The notes: generated by a model not told the origin, from the letters alone. Positions 8,664-17,973 are shown, numbered from the stretch's first letter. The stretch: 36,520 nucleotides of DNA from an uncultured Candidatus Kuenenia sp. (GCA_964478275.1 CAYZHH010000001.1:1-36520); one strand, 5' to 3'. Numbers and translations are program-made.

Positions 8664-10145
8664 TTACCTCGCCGCCCGCGATGCACGGCTTCGGACCTGC
8701 TCGAAGAGGCGGAGATACTCGCGGGCGCTCGAGTCCCATGACCAGTCCTGCCGCATGACATGACGGACGAGGCCAGACCACAGCTCGGCATGGGCGTGGG
8801 CGTCGAGGGCCCGCTCGACCGCGTGACGGAGCGCCCCGGTATCAAACGACTCGAACATGAAACCGCTGGCGCGGCCTTCGCGAAGCGCGTCGTGCGTGGC
8901 ATTCACCACGGTGTCGGCGAGACCGCCGGTGGCCCGCACCACCGGGATCGCGCCGTACCGCTGGGCGTAGAGCTGCGTGAGCCCGCAGGGCTCGTAGAGG
9001 CTCGGCACGAGAACGATGTCGGCCGCGGCCTGGACGAGATGCGAGAGGGCTTCGTCGAAACCGATGACCACGTCCACCGCGCCAGGGAAGGCCGCGGCCG
9101 CGCGGCGAAGTGCCTCCTCGTATGCAGGATCACCGCTGCCGAGCACGATGAACTGCGCTCGGCCCGTACCAGCGAGACGGCCGATCAACTCGATGACAAG
9201 CTCCACGCCCTTTTGGACCGCCAGGCGACTCACGAAGGCGATGAGTGGCCGGCCCGTGGGAGCCGCATGGCCGAGCCGAGCAGCGAGCGCGACCCGCGCC
9301 GCGTACTTCCCGTCGGCTACGTCATGTTCGCTAAAGTGCCGCGGGATGTGCGGATCGGTCCCTGGGTTCCAGGACACCGTGTCGATGGCGTTGACGATCC
9401 CTGAGACCGTACCGCCGCGGGAGGCCAGCACGCCCTCCAGGCCACAGCCCCCCGGCGACTGCTGGATCTCACGGGCGTATGTCGGGCTGACTGTGCTGAT
9501 GGCATCGGCGAACACGATGCCAGTCTTCAAGAGGTTGAGCTGCTGGTGGAACTCCATCTGATGGAGGTTGAAATACTTCCAGTCGAGTCCCGTCAGCAGC
9601 ATGTCCCAGTGCCAGAAGAGGCCCTGGTAGGCCATGTTGTGGATCGTCATCACCGTGCTGGCTGCGCCCACTGCCGGCCAATCCCCGTAGAGCAGCTTCT
9701 GGTACGCCGGCACGAGGCCGGTCTGCCAGTCGTGGCAATGGATGATGTCGTAGGCCGTTGACTGCCTACCAGCCAGTTCCATCGCAGCACGCGAGAAGAA
9801 AACGAACCGCTCGGAGTTGTCGGGATAGTCCTCCGCGCCACCGTAGAGGGTAGGGCGGTCGAAGAAGTCGTCATTGGCCACGAGCAGGACGTTCGTTGCC
9901 GACCCAGGCAAGCTGCACCGCAGGATCCGCGCGAGTGGTCGCCGGGTGCCGATCGGCACCTCGAACTCGATCCCCGTCGGCTCGATCGGCAGCCCTTTGG
10001 CGAGGGCTTCACGGTGGGCCGGGATCACGAGCGTGACGTCGCAGCCCAGCCTCGCGAGCGCTTCTGGAAGCGCTCCAGCAACGTCGGCGAGCCCGCCGGT
10101 CTTGGCGAACGGAACGGCCTCGCTGGCCACCTCGAGAATGCGCAT
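8664..10145 (-). CDS. glgA: Glycogen synthase
   Basis: ASEAVPFAKTGGLADV (KTGGL ADP-glucose motif), IIHCHDWQTG, TIHNMAYQG, STVSPTYAREI, PSLYEPCGLTQLYA and VRATGGLADTV. Confidence 0.97.
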   Translation of the reverse strand: MRILEVASEAVPFAKTGGLADVAGALPEALARLGCDVTLVIPAHREALAKGLPIEPTGIEFEVPIGTRRPLARILRCSLPGSATNVLLVANDDFFDRPTLYGGAEDYPDNSERFVFFSRAAMELAGRQSTAYDIIHCHDWQTGLVPAYQKLLYGDWPAVGAASTVMTIHNMAYQGLFWHWDMLLTGLDWKYFNLHQMEFHQQLNLLKTGIVFADAISTVSPTYAREIQQSPGGCGLEGVLASRGGTVSGIVNAIDTVSWNPGTDPHIPRHFSEHDVADGKYAARVALAARLGHAAPTGRPLIAFVSRLAVQKGVELVIELIGRLAGTGRAQFIVLGSGDPAYEEALRRAAAAFPGAVDVVIGFDEALSHLVQAAADIVLVPSLYEPCGLTQLYAQRYGAIPVVRATGGLADTVVNATHDALREGRASGFMFESFDTGALRHAVERALDAHAHAELWSGLVRHVMRQDWSWDSSAREYLRLFEQVRSRASRAAR

Positions 10146-10171
10146 ACGACGGGGAATCCTGGTGCCCCGCT

Positions 10172-10177
10172 ACTATA
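10172..10177 (-). promoter_or_regulatory. Candidate -10 element for glgA
   Basis: TATAGT on the - strand, 26 bp upstream of the glgA ATG, in the short sulfatase-glgA gap. No matching -35 was seen. Confidence 0.35.
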
Positions 10178-10186
10178 CGTTGCGGT

Positions 10187-11731
10187 TCAGGGCGAGGGAT
10201 GGCTGCGGCCGGCTGCGACGAGGGCGTCATACACGGCCTTCATGGCCGTCACGCGATCGGGTTGCTCAAGGGCCAGATTTTCCCGCTCGCCGCGATCAGT
10301 CTCGAGGTTGTAGAGCTGGACATCTGGGCCGTCCTTGCTCGCTACGGCCCCTTTCGAGAAGCCCCCGGCGCCCTTCCCCAGGATGAGCTTCCACTGGCCG
10401 TCACGAATCGACGCCAGGCCGCTCATGGCACAGCTCACGGCGTGCTGACGCACGGGCTCGCTGCCGCCGCGCAGCAGTGGCATGAGGCTGAAGCTATCCT
10501 CGCCGGCGTCGGCGGGAAGCTCCACGCCAAGCACATCGGCGAACGTGGCCATGAGATCGGCCTGATGCACGAGGGCGTCGCACACGCTCCCAGGCTTTGC
10601 AACACCGGGGTAGCGGACGATACACGCTACGCGATGCCCGCCCTCCCAGGCATCTCCCTTGTAGCCACGAAGAGGACCGCTCGGAAAGTGGCCGCGTGCT
10701 TCGAGGTCTTTCGCGCCCACGTAGGGCGCGAAGCCGTTGTCGCTGGTGAACACGACGAGCGTGTTGTCGGCGATGCCCACCCGTTCGATGGCCGCGAGCA
10801 CGTCGCCGACAACCGCGTCGGTCTCCATCACGAGATCGGCAAAGGCGTTGTCGAGGCCGCTCGCCCCACGCCAGGGCTCGTTCACTGCCAGCGGCGTGTG
10901 GGGCGAGGTGAGGGGGAGATAGAGGAGAAACGGTGTTTTGTCGCTGGACGATTTCTCGATCAAGGCCACCGCCCTGTCCCGAAGTGTTGGGAGCACGCTC
11001 TCAAGCTGCCAGCCTTCGAGCGCCGGCCCCTGCCGGCTTGCGCGGTAGTTCTTGAGGTCATCAAGAGGAAGAAGCGTGGTCGGGATACCGACCGTTCGAT
11101 CGTTCTCGATGAAGCAGAAGGGGGGCCAGTTGGGCACGTCGGTGCCGAAATACGTATCGAAGCCGCACGCTGTCGGGCCGCCGCCGACGGGTTTGGAAAA
11201 GATCCGCTGCCAGGCCGCGCGGTGGGCGTCGGTCATGGCCCCGGGGCCGCGCAGTGGATTCCGTTTGTCCACATCTTTGAGCAGCCCCGCATCAGCTGGA
11301 TCAGCGGGCCAGTCCCAACCGAGATGCCATTTCCCGATGGCTGCCGTGCGGTACCCATGGGCTGTGGCGAGATCGGCGATCGTGAGCCGGTCGGCATCGA
11401 TAAGCGGCTTCTCCCAGAGGCCGACGATGCCGCTTTTCAGCCGTGTCCGCCAGTGATAGCGGCCGGTGAGGAGCGTGTAGCGGGACGGGGAGCAGACGCC
11501 GGACGATGAATGGGCATCGGTGAACCGCATTCCATCGGCTGCGAGACGATCGATATGAGGCGTCGGGATTTTGCTGCGGTCGGGGTTGTTGCACTGCACA
11601 TCGCCATACCCGAGGTCGTCGGCATAGATCACCAGGATGTTGGGCCGTTCGGCCGCGTGCACCACCGCGGCCGCGAAGAAGGCAGCCGCTGCGAGGGCAA
11701 CGGCGGCCGGCTGAGAGCACGTTGAACGCAT
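10187..11731 (-). CDS. Arylsulfatase (formylglycine-dependent, Cys-type), exported
   Basis: RPNILVIYADDLGYGD, CSPSRYTLLTGRY (CxPxR), GKWHLG, FTSDNG, KGDAWEGGHRV and LYNL..D.GE..NLA. Start reassigned to ATG 11731 (MRSTCSQPAAVALAAAAFFAAAVVHA signal peptide). The ORF-track extension to 12358 overlaps another gene. Confidence 0.93.
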   Translation of the reverse strand: MRSTCSQPAAVALAAAAFFAAAVVHAAERPNILVIYADDLGYGDVQCNNPDRSKIPTPHIDRLAADGMRFTDAHSSSGVCSPSRYTLLTGRYHWRTRLKSGIVGLWEKPLIDADRLTIADLATAHGYRTAAIGKWHLGWDWPADPADAGLLKDVDKRNPLRGPGAMTDAHRAAWQRIFSKPVGGGPTACGFDTYFGTDVPNWPPFCFIENDRTVGIPTTLLPLDDLKNYRASRQGPALEGWQLESVLPTLRDRAVALIEKSSSDKTPFLLYLPLTSPHTPLAVNEPWRGASGLDNAFADLVMETDAVVGDVLAAIERVGIADNTLVVFTSDNGFAPYVGAKDLEARGHFPSGPLRGYKGDAWEGGHRVACIVRYPGVAKPGSVCDALVHQADLMATFADVLGVELPADAGEDSFSLMPLLRGGSEPVRQHAVSCAMSGLASIRDGQWKLILGKGAGGFSKGAVASKDGPDVQLYNLETDRGERENLALEQPDRVTAMKAVYDALVAAGRSHPSP

Positions 11732-11826
11732 GCAGTATCCTCCCGAGAACCAATGAGCCGCGGTGACCGTCCTGTTGTACTTCACCAGCGATGGCGCCGC
11801 CTCAGGGTCTCGCATGGTGATCCTCA

Positions 11827-11846
11827 GAAAAAGTGCCTGACCCCTT
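11827..11846. repeat. Half copy of a REP-like intergenic repeat
   Basis: GAAAAAGTGCCTGACCCCTT matches GAAAAGGTGCCTGTCCCCTT at 17904-17923 at 18/20 positions. Both copies are intergenic. Confidence 0.55.
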
Positions 11847-11870
11847 CGTGCCAGTGGGTACGATGGTGTC

Positions 11871-12518
11871 ATGAGTCCACTGGTCAATCCTGCGGCGCTG
11901 TTTCGATTTCGGCTGGCCTGCCCGCGACGGGAAAAACTTTGGCCGCCGGCGTCGTGGGGGATCGACGAGGGCTGTCGGCTGCCGTCGCTTGCGAGCCTTG
12001 CTGGTGTGCCCGATGTGCTCGAGGTCTTTGCGGCGTGGAACGACGATGGGATCGCGTTCCGCGGCGTGGCCCGTGGCGTGGGAAACAAACGATGGTGCCA
12101 CCCCACCAAGCCAGAAGACAGTGACGGCCTCCATCTTTGGATCGCCACGCGGCCAACCGGCGAGAGCCATCGCGCGGGGAGGTTTTGCCGGCGTCTTGCG
12201 ATCCTGCCCACGGGTGGCGGCCTGCGGGCCGACAAGCCCGTGATCGTGCCAGCCGTGATTCCGCGGACGAGCGAAATGCCCGCCGACATTCCAGAAGGCT
12301 CAACGAAGGTCGAGGCGACGCTCCTTCCTGACGGCTGGGAGGTCCACGCGCTCATCACGGCTGCGGCGCTGCCGGGCTGGGAGCCTGCGGAGATTTCGAA
12401 GCTGGTTTTTTTTGCGGCGCTCGTGGATCGAAGACTCGGTCAGGTGCCGTGCTACGCCCCGCCTGAGTTTCCATGGGAGAGTGACCCGACGACGTGGGCC
12501 GAGCTCGAGCTCGTGTGA
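11871..12518 (+). CDS. Hypothetical protein, possible DOMON/CBM9-like beta-sandwich
   Basis: 215-aa ORF divergent from the sulfatase. Contains AAWNDDGIAF, DSDGLHLWIATR, HRAGRFC, GWEVHALI and DPTTWAELEL. The fold assignment is an inference. Confidence 0.72.
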   Translation: MSPLVNPAALFRFRLACPRREKLWPPASWGIDEGCRLPSLASLAGVPDVLEVFAAWNDDGIAFRGVARGVGNKRWCHPTKPEDSDGLHLWIATRPTGESHRAGRFCRRLAILPTGGGLRADKPVIVPAVIPRTSEMPADIPEGSTKVEATLLPDGWEVHALITAAALPGWEPAEISKLVFFAALVDRRLGQVPCYAPPEFPWESDPTTWAELELV

Positions 12519-12834
12519 TCGCGACCTGCCGAGGTGCACAAAGACCTTCGAGAATGTCGTGAGATCCTGTGCCCGGCCCGCATTCGCCCTCGAACGGCTC
12601 AACGTGGTGAACAACGCCGTCTGACGCGGCGCACGGCAACGGCGAGCCGCATCAGGTATCTTCAGCCCCCCACGAGCATCTTTCAGACGGTCGCGGAAAG
12701 GCCGTTGACCGCCCTGTCCCTTATTCTATGGATACAACGTCCCGCGGCGGACCCTCCGGGCCAATCACTGCGATGGCGGCGGAATGGTGCGGGTAGAGTC
12801 GGCCAGGGAAGCGTGCTGCATGGGAGGTGTGGAA

Positions 12835-14112
12835 ATGGATGCGCGGTTCATACGCTCGCTCGACGAGGACGTCGCGCGGGAGGTGGCCTGTATCGACCCC
12901 CGGCAGTACCGGGCGAAGCTCGAGGAGTTGCTCTATTACGACGAGCGCGAACCATACGACGCCTCCATCGTGCCGCTGGTGATCTCGCTTGAGCAGCACC
13001 GGGTCTACGAGGAGGCAGTCCGGCGGATCTGTGGAGCGGCGATGCACGCATTCATCGAGCGCCGGGACGCGGCACGCTTCCGGGGCGATTCCTTTCAGCA
13101 GATCCTCCAGTCGTTGCCACTCGAACAGGATTCGATCTCGGGAACCGCGCGGTTCGACTTCCTCGAGGCGCGAGACGACCTCAAGCTCGTGGAGATGAAC
13201 TTCCTTGGCGTCGGCACAGTGGGGCATTCCCTCCAGGCCACCGCAGCGCTGATGGATGTCGCCCCGGCCCTCCGGGACCGATACCATTGCCTCCATCCCA
13301 CCGCCGGCCTCCGTGACCACCTCCTGCGGCTCGGCGTCCGGACGGCCGTCCTGCTCACGAAGGATGACGATCAGAGCTACTATGGTTCGTGGCTCGATCG
13401 GGTGATCATCGCCGCGGGCGTGGATCCGGTGCGGATGATCATCGTCCCGAAGCGGGAGTGGGGGGGGTTTGCGACCGATGGTCGGACGCTCACCTTTCGC
13501 GGGGAAACGATCGACGCCATCTATCCGCGCGAACTCACCTGGCGGCCTTCGATCGAGGAGGGGCAGGAATGGTGCCGGTTCTTCCTCACTTCCGGCGCCC
13601 GCTGCCTCGATCCCTGGCCCCTTGTTCTTCTCGAGGACAAGGATCTTCGCTTCCTGATTCGCCACGATCCTGGCGTGGAACGCTTTATCCCCAAGACCTG
13701 GTGTCTGGGCGAGCCAGGGCAGCCGGCCGATTGTGCGGAGCTGGTTCTCAAGCGACAGCACGAGCATGCCGGAGATGGGGTGTGGGTTGCACCCAGTGAA
13801 CTGCCGACTGAGGATCGTTCCAGCTATGTTCTCCAAGAGCGGATCGCGATGAACCGGGTGGCGGTGAGGAGCGTCCTGGGATACGAGGGCATTGTCTCCT
13901 ACGACATTGCTGCTCATGTCAGCTACGACTTCGATCTGCGCACCGGCACGCTGCTCGATTGTCGCGTGACCGGCTACCTCTCGCGGTACGCCCCGGTGGG
14001 CGACATCGTCAATATCAGCAAGGGGGGGGGCGTGATCCCGGTGCTCGTTGAGGGGAGCCAACTGTCGCGGGCAGAGAATCTTCGGGCCGAACAGAAGAGA
14101 TCCGGGCGATAG
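12835..14112 (+). CDS. Circularly permuted ATP-grasp (glutathionylspermidine-synthase-like) amide ligase
   Basis: ARFDFL...LKLVEMN (RxD...ExN), DAIYPR, EDK, IPKTW, LVLKRQHEHAGDGVWV, YVLQERI and SRYAPVGDIVNISKGGG. GGAGGT RBS 6 nt before ATG 12835. Confidence 0.8.
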   Translation: MDARFIRSLDEDVAREVACIDPRQYRAKLEELLYYDEREPYDASIVPLVISLEQHRVYEEAVRRICGAAMHAFIERRDAARFRGDSFQQILQSLPLEQDSISGTARFDFLEARDDLKLVEMNFLGVGTVGHSLQATAALMDVAPALRDRYHCLHPTAGLRDHLLRLGVRTAVLLTKDDDQSYYGSWLDRVIIAAGVDPVRMIIVPKREWGGFATDGRTLTFRGETIDAIYPRELTWRPSIEEGQEWCRFFLTSGARCLDPWPLVLLEDKDLRFLIRHDPGVERFIPKTWCLGEPGQPADCAELVLKRQHEHAGDGVWVAPSELPTEDRSSYVLQERIAMNRVAVRSVLGYEGIVSYDIAAHVSYDFDLRTGTLLDCRVTGYLSRYAPVGDIVNISKGGGVIPVLVEGSQLSRAENLRAEQKRSGR

Positions 14113-14165
14113 CCACCAACACGTCGCGAACGTGCCGTTGGCCGTCCTATCCTTCGGCCATCACG

Positions 14166-16286
14166 TCAGGAATCGTCGTCGAGCCGCTCAATCTCCACCG
14201 TTGCCGGGGGAAGGCTCTCCAGAAATGTTCGGCCGTAGGGCTTTGTGAGCATGCGTGGATCGAGGATGACCACGGTGCCCGTGTCGCCGGCTGTGCGGAT
14301 GAGCCGCCCAAAACCCTGTTTGAGTTTGAGGACCGCCTCGGGAAGCTGATACTCGAGGAACGCATTGCCACCAGCCTGGTTGATGGCCTCGATCCGCGCG
14401 GCGACGAGTGGCCGATCGGGTACGGCGAAGGGCAGCCGCGTGATGATCACCGTCACGAGCTGGTCGCCCGGTAGATCGATTCCCTGCCAGAACCCATCGG
14501 TGCCCAAAAGCACGCTGCTCGGCCCTTCACGAAACGCTTCGAGCATCCGCGAGCGGGGCAGGCCGTCGGCCTGGCTGACAAGGCGGTAGTTGTTTCGCAC
14601 ACACCAACCAGAGAGATCCGCCGACGCCTTGGCGAGCGCCTGATGGCTCGTGAAGAGCACCATCGCGCGGCCTTCGCTTCGGGCCACATAACGGCGAATC
14701 ATTTTCACGACGGCCGCATCAAACGCAGCGCGGCTTGTGGGGTCGGGGAGCCGATCGACGAGCACGAGTCGCGCCTGCCGTGGGTAATCGAAGGGACTGC
14801 CAAGCTGGGCCGAGAGAGCTGTGTCGGGAACCCCGAGCCGGTCGCGGACAAAGACAAAAGCGTCTGCGGCGGCTGGCTGGTCGGTGGTATCGGCCGGCCG
14901 GCGGGCCGCGCGTGCGTGAACAGCCAGTGTGGCGCTCGCGAGCACGATCGTGCCGATACGCCCAAAGAGATCCTCTCGAAGCACGTGCCCCACATCCACC
15001 GGCGCGCTCGAGAGCGTCGTACGGGGACGACCGCGGCGGCTTCGGGCCGTCTCCACCCACCAGACATGCCCCGTTTCCTTCTGGTCGAGCCAGGTGTTGA
15101 TCGCCGCCGCGTGGGTGTCGAGGCGATCAGCAAGCGACACGAGATCATGCCGCTCGGCCGGTTTCTCGATGCTGGTAGCCGCGCCACGGAGACGACGAGC
15201 CAGGTCGGAGAGCGGGCCTCCCAGTGAGTCGGTCACGAGACCACTGGTAGCGATGCGCTTCGGGCCGTCGCCGTGGGCGTGGCAGGCGTCGCGAATCGAC
15301 GCAAAGAACTCTTCGGCGATCTTTCGGCAGTACCGCACGACGCTCTCGAGGTCGTCGAGGTGGTAGTGGGTGAGGAGACCACGACTCGACTTTTCGCTGG
15401 CGAGTCGCGAGAGCACCCGCTCGACGCCGCCGCTCGAGATACGCACGCCCAGGTGGTCGCCCGCAACGGCCTCGAGCGAATGGGCCTCGTCGAAGATGAC
15501 GATGTCGTGCGGTGGCAGGAGGCTCGCACCGGCCCGTCGCATGGCGAGGTCGGCGAAATAGAGTGCGTGGTTCACGACGAGCACTTGCGCGTGCTGCATA
15601 CGACGCCTCGCGGCATAGTAGAAACACTGGCCGTGCGTGGGGCAGGCGCGACCCATGCAGTTGCCCGAGTCGCTTTTCACTTCGTCCCAGACCGCGTCGG
15701 AGGGCAGGGCGGGCAGGTCGGAGAGCGAGCCGTCGGTGGTGCGTTTAGCCCATGAGGCGATCGCCAGCACCTCGGCCCGTGCGGCATCGTCTTCAAAAAG
15801 GCTGCCGGATCGCTCGAGGGCCAGCCGCAGCCGACGCAGACTCAGGTAGTTGCCGCGGCCCTTCACGAGGACTGCCGAGAACTCGCGAGGCATGACGGCC
15901 GCAACGAGGGGGATGTCTTTGTCGATGAGCTGTTCTTGAAGCGCGATCGTGTGGGTTGAGATGACGACCCGCCTCGGCCGTGCCGCCGGGGCGGTCGCAG
16001 TGTCGTCGTCATCCCAATCCGTGTCAGGATCAGCCGACTGACCACTCGACGGTTGCGACACCCGAACAGGCTCAACCTGATCCGAGGTCACGGCGAGGAC
16101 TGCTGGCACGAGATACGCAAGGCTCTTGCCCGTGCCGGTGCCCGCCTCAACGATCGCATGCCGCCGCGCGTGGATGGCTTTGTCCACAAGGTGGGCCATC
16201 GCGAGCTGCTGCGGCCGCGACTCCCAGCCGGCCAGCCTGGCAGCGAGCCGGCCCTCGGGCCCCAGCAGATCATCGGGAGTGGTCAT
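14166..16286 (-). CDS. DinG/YoaA-family ATP-dependent helicase
   Basis: Q motif RPQQ, Walker A EAGTGTGKSLAYL, ISTHTIALQEQL, KGRGNYL, VVNHAL, FDEAH, SATL, SPFDY, LFTS, FWQGIDLPGD, LPFAVPD and LKQGFGRLIR. Confidence 0.95.
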   Translation of the reverse strand: MTTPDDLLGPEGRLAARLAGWESRPQQLAMAHLVDKAIHARRHAIVEAGTGTGKSLAYLVPAVLAVTSDQVEPVRVSQPSSGQSADPDTDWDDDDTATAPAARPRRVVISTHTIALQEQLIDKDIPLVAAVMPREFSAVLVKGRGNYLSLRRLRLALERSGSLFEDDAARAEVLAIASWAKRTTDGSLSDLPALPSDAVWDEVKSDSGNCMGRACPTHGQCFYYAARRRMQHAQVLVVNHALYFADLAMRRAGASLLPPHDIVIFDEAHSLEAVAGDHLGVRISSGGVERVLSRLASEKSSRGLLTHYHLDDLESVVRYCRKIAEEFFASIRDACHAHGDGPKRIATSGLVTDSLGGPLSDLARRLRGAATSIEKPAERHDLVSLADRLDTHAAAINTWLDQKETGHVWWVETARSRRGRPRTTLSSAPVDVGHVLREDLFGRIGTIVLASATLAVHARAARRPADTTDQPAAADAFVFVRDRLGVPDTALSAQLGSPFDYPRQARLVLVDRLPDPTSRAAFDAAVVKMIRRYVARSEGRAMVLFTSHQALAKASADLSGWCVRNNYRLVSQADGLPRSRMLEAFREGPSSVLLGTDGFWQGIDLPGDQLVTVIITRLPFAVPDRPLVAARIEAINQAGGNAFLEYQLPEAVLKLKQGFGRLIRTAGDTGTVVILDPRMLTKPYGRTFLESLPPATVEIERLDDDS

Positions 16287-16474
16287 TCTCAGGGTCTGAA
16301 AAACCGTTGTGCCGAAGTCTGCCCAAACCCCCCGTCGCGGAGCGACGGGAACACGGGAGGAGGATTATCAAACGTCAATAAAGCCGAGTGTAGCGGAGGC
16401 CCGTGGGTGGATTCCCGCACGACGACGTGCGAAGTAGTCTTGCTTCGTCCACCGAACCCCATGAGGAGCGCATT

Positions 16475-17878
16475 GTGCCCCAGCCCACCACGTCATCAAA
16501 GGCCTGGGGCGGAGTCTTTCGTGAGCCGACCGACGCTCGCGTCGAGGCCTTCACCGAGAGCGTCTCCTTCGACCGGCGGCTGGCCGATGATGACATCGAC
16601 GGGTCCATCGCCCACGCCCGGATGCTCGCCTCGGTCGGACTCATGACGGTGCATGAGGCCGACTCGGTCGCCCACTCGCTCGAGGAGATCCGGAGCGAAA
16701 TCCACACGGGCCGCTTCGAGTTTTCAGTGTCGAAGGAGGACATCCATCTTCATGTCGAGGCGGCGCTCACCGCGCGGCTCGGCGATACCGGTCGCAAGCT
16801 CCATACCGCGCGGAGCCGCAACGACCAGGTGGCGACGGATCTCCGGCTCTATTGCCGGCGGGCCATCGACCGGCTCGATGCGGGCCTCGCCGAACTTCAG
16901 CGAGCGTTTCTCGGGATGGCCGAGCGGGAGCAGGATCTCGTCATTCCGGCGTACACACACCTGCGTCCGGCCCAGCCGGTGCTCGCCGCCCACCAGCTGC
17001 TCTCCTGGTGCGAGAAGTTCGCGCGTGACCGTGACCGCCTGGCCGACTGCCGGCGGCGAACGAACGTTCTCCCGCTCGGCTCCGGGGCCGTGGCCGGCAC
17101 GAGCCTCCCGATCGATCGGGAGCATGTTCGCGAGGCGCTCGCCTTCGACACGGTCGCCGCGAACAGCCTCGATGCGGCGAGTGATCGCGACTTCGTCTGC
17201 GAGCTGGCGTTTGTCGTGGCCCTCACCGGTGTGCACCTCTCGCAGTGGGCCGAGGAGTGGGTGATCTACAGCACGCACGAGTTCGGGTTCCTCGCGCTCC
17301 CCGAGGGTTTCTGTACGGGGAGCTCGATCATGCCGCAGAAGATCAACCCCGACGTGCTCGAGCTCGTGCGGGGCAAGTCGGCCAGACTCGTCGGCAATCT
17401 CCAGAGCTTACTCGTGCTCCTGAAAGGTCTGCCCACGGCGTACAACCGTGATCTCCAGGAAGACAAGGAACGGATTTTTGACTCGATCGACACGCTCGAA
17501 GCAGTCCTGAGCGTGGCACCTCCGCTGGTAGCCGGCACCCGCTTTCACCGCGCGCGGATTGCCGCCGCTACCCACCACGGCCATCTCGATGCGACGAGCC
17601 TCATGGAGGCACTCATCGCCCAGGGAGTGCCGCAGCGAACTGCCCACGAGATCGTGGGCCACCTTGTCCGGCGGGCGATGACCCGCGGGGTCTCGTTGGG
17701 AGAGCTTTCCGACGAGGAGATCTCTCAGGAATATGCCGGCTGGAACGCCGCGCTGCGTGGGGCACTGGGCGCCTCTCGGGCAGTGGAGCGGATGCAGAGC
17801 TTCGGCTCGACCGCGCCGGCCGCGGTGGCCGACCAGATTGAGCAGTGGCGGCGACGGCTGGACGGCGCCGCATCCTGA
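16475..17878 (+). CDS. argH: Argininosuccinate lyase
   Basis: WGGVF, EDIH, LHTARSRNDQVATD, PAYTHL, TGSSIMPQKINPD and YNRDLQEDKE. GAGGAG RBS before GTG 16475. Confidence 0.97.
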   Translation: MPQPTTSSKAWGGVFREPTDARVEAFTESVSFDRRLADDDIDGSIAHARMLASVGLMTVHEADSVAHSLEEIRSEIHTGRFEFSVSKEDIHLHVEAALTARLGDTGRKLHTARSRNDQVATDLRLYCRRAIDRLDAGLAELQRAFLGMAEREQDLVIPAYTHLRPAQPVLAAHQLLSWCEKFARDRDRLADCRRRTNVLPLGSGAVAGTSLPIDREHVREALAFDTVAANSLDAASDRDFVCELAFVVALTGVHLSQWAEEWVIYSTHEFGFLALPEGFCTGSSIMPQKINPDVLELVRGKSARLVGNLQSLLVLLKGLPTAYNRDLQEDKERIFDSIDTLEAVLSVAPPLVAGTRFHRARIAAATHHGHLDATSLMEALIAQGVPQRTAHEIVGHLVRRAMTRGVSLGELSDEEISQEYAGWNAALRGALGASRAVERMQSFGSTAPAAVADQIEQWRRRLDGAAS

Positions 17879-17880
17879 CC

Positions 17881-17923
17881 GGGGACTGGCTCGTTTTCCG
17901 AAGGAAAAGGTGCCTGTCCCCTT
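17881..17923. repeat. REP-like palindromic hairpin directly after the argH stop
   Basis: GGGGACTGGC...GCCTGTCCCC outer arms (1 mismatch) enclose an inner TTTTCC-GAA-GGAAAA stem. The right arm recurs at 11827-11846. Confidence 0.6.
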
Positions 17924-17973
17924 GCGCGGCTTGTCCCCGTGTTGTGCGGCTTGTTTGGCCAGAGGATGACGCG

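Noticed and set aside
11732-12358. 209-aa N-terminal extension of the sulfatase ORF
   Set aside because: It overlaps the + strand gene 11871..12518. A signal peptide begins at ATG 11731.
16360-16382. Sigma70 promoter for the helicase (TTGACG and GATAAT on the - strand)
   Set aside because: The two hexamers are only 4 bp apart, so they cannot form one promoter. The region is AT-rich, but no element could be assigned.
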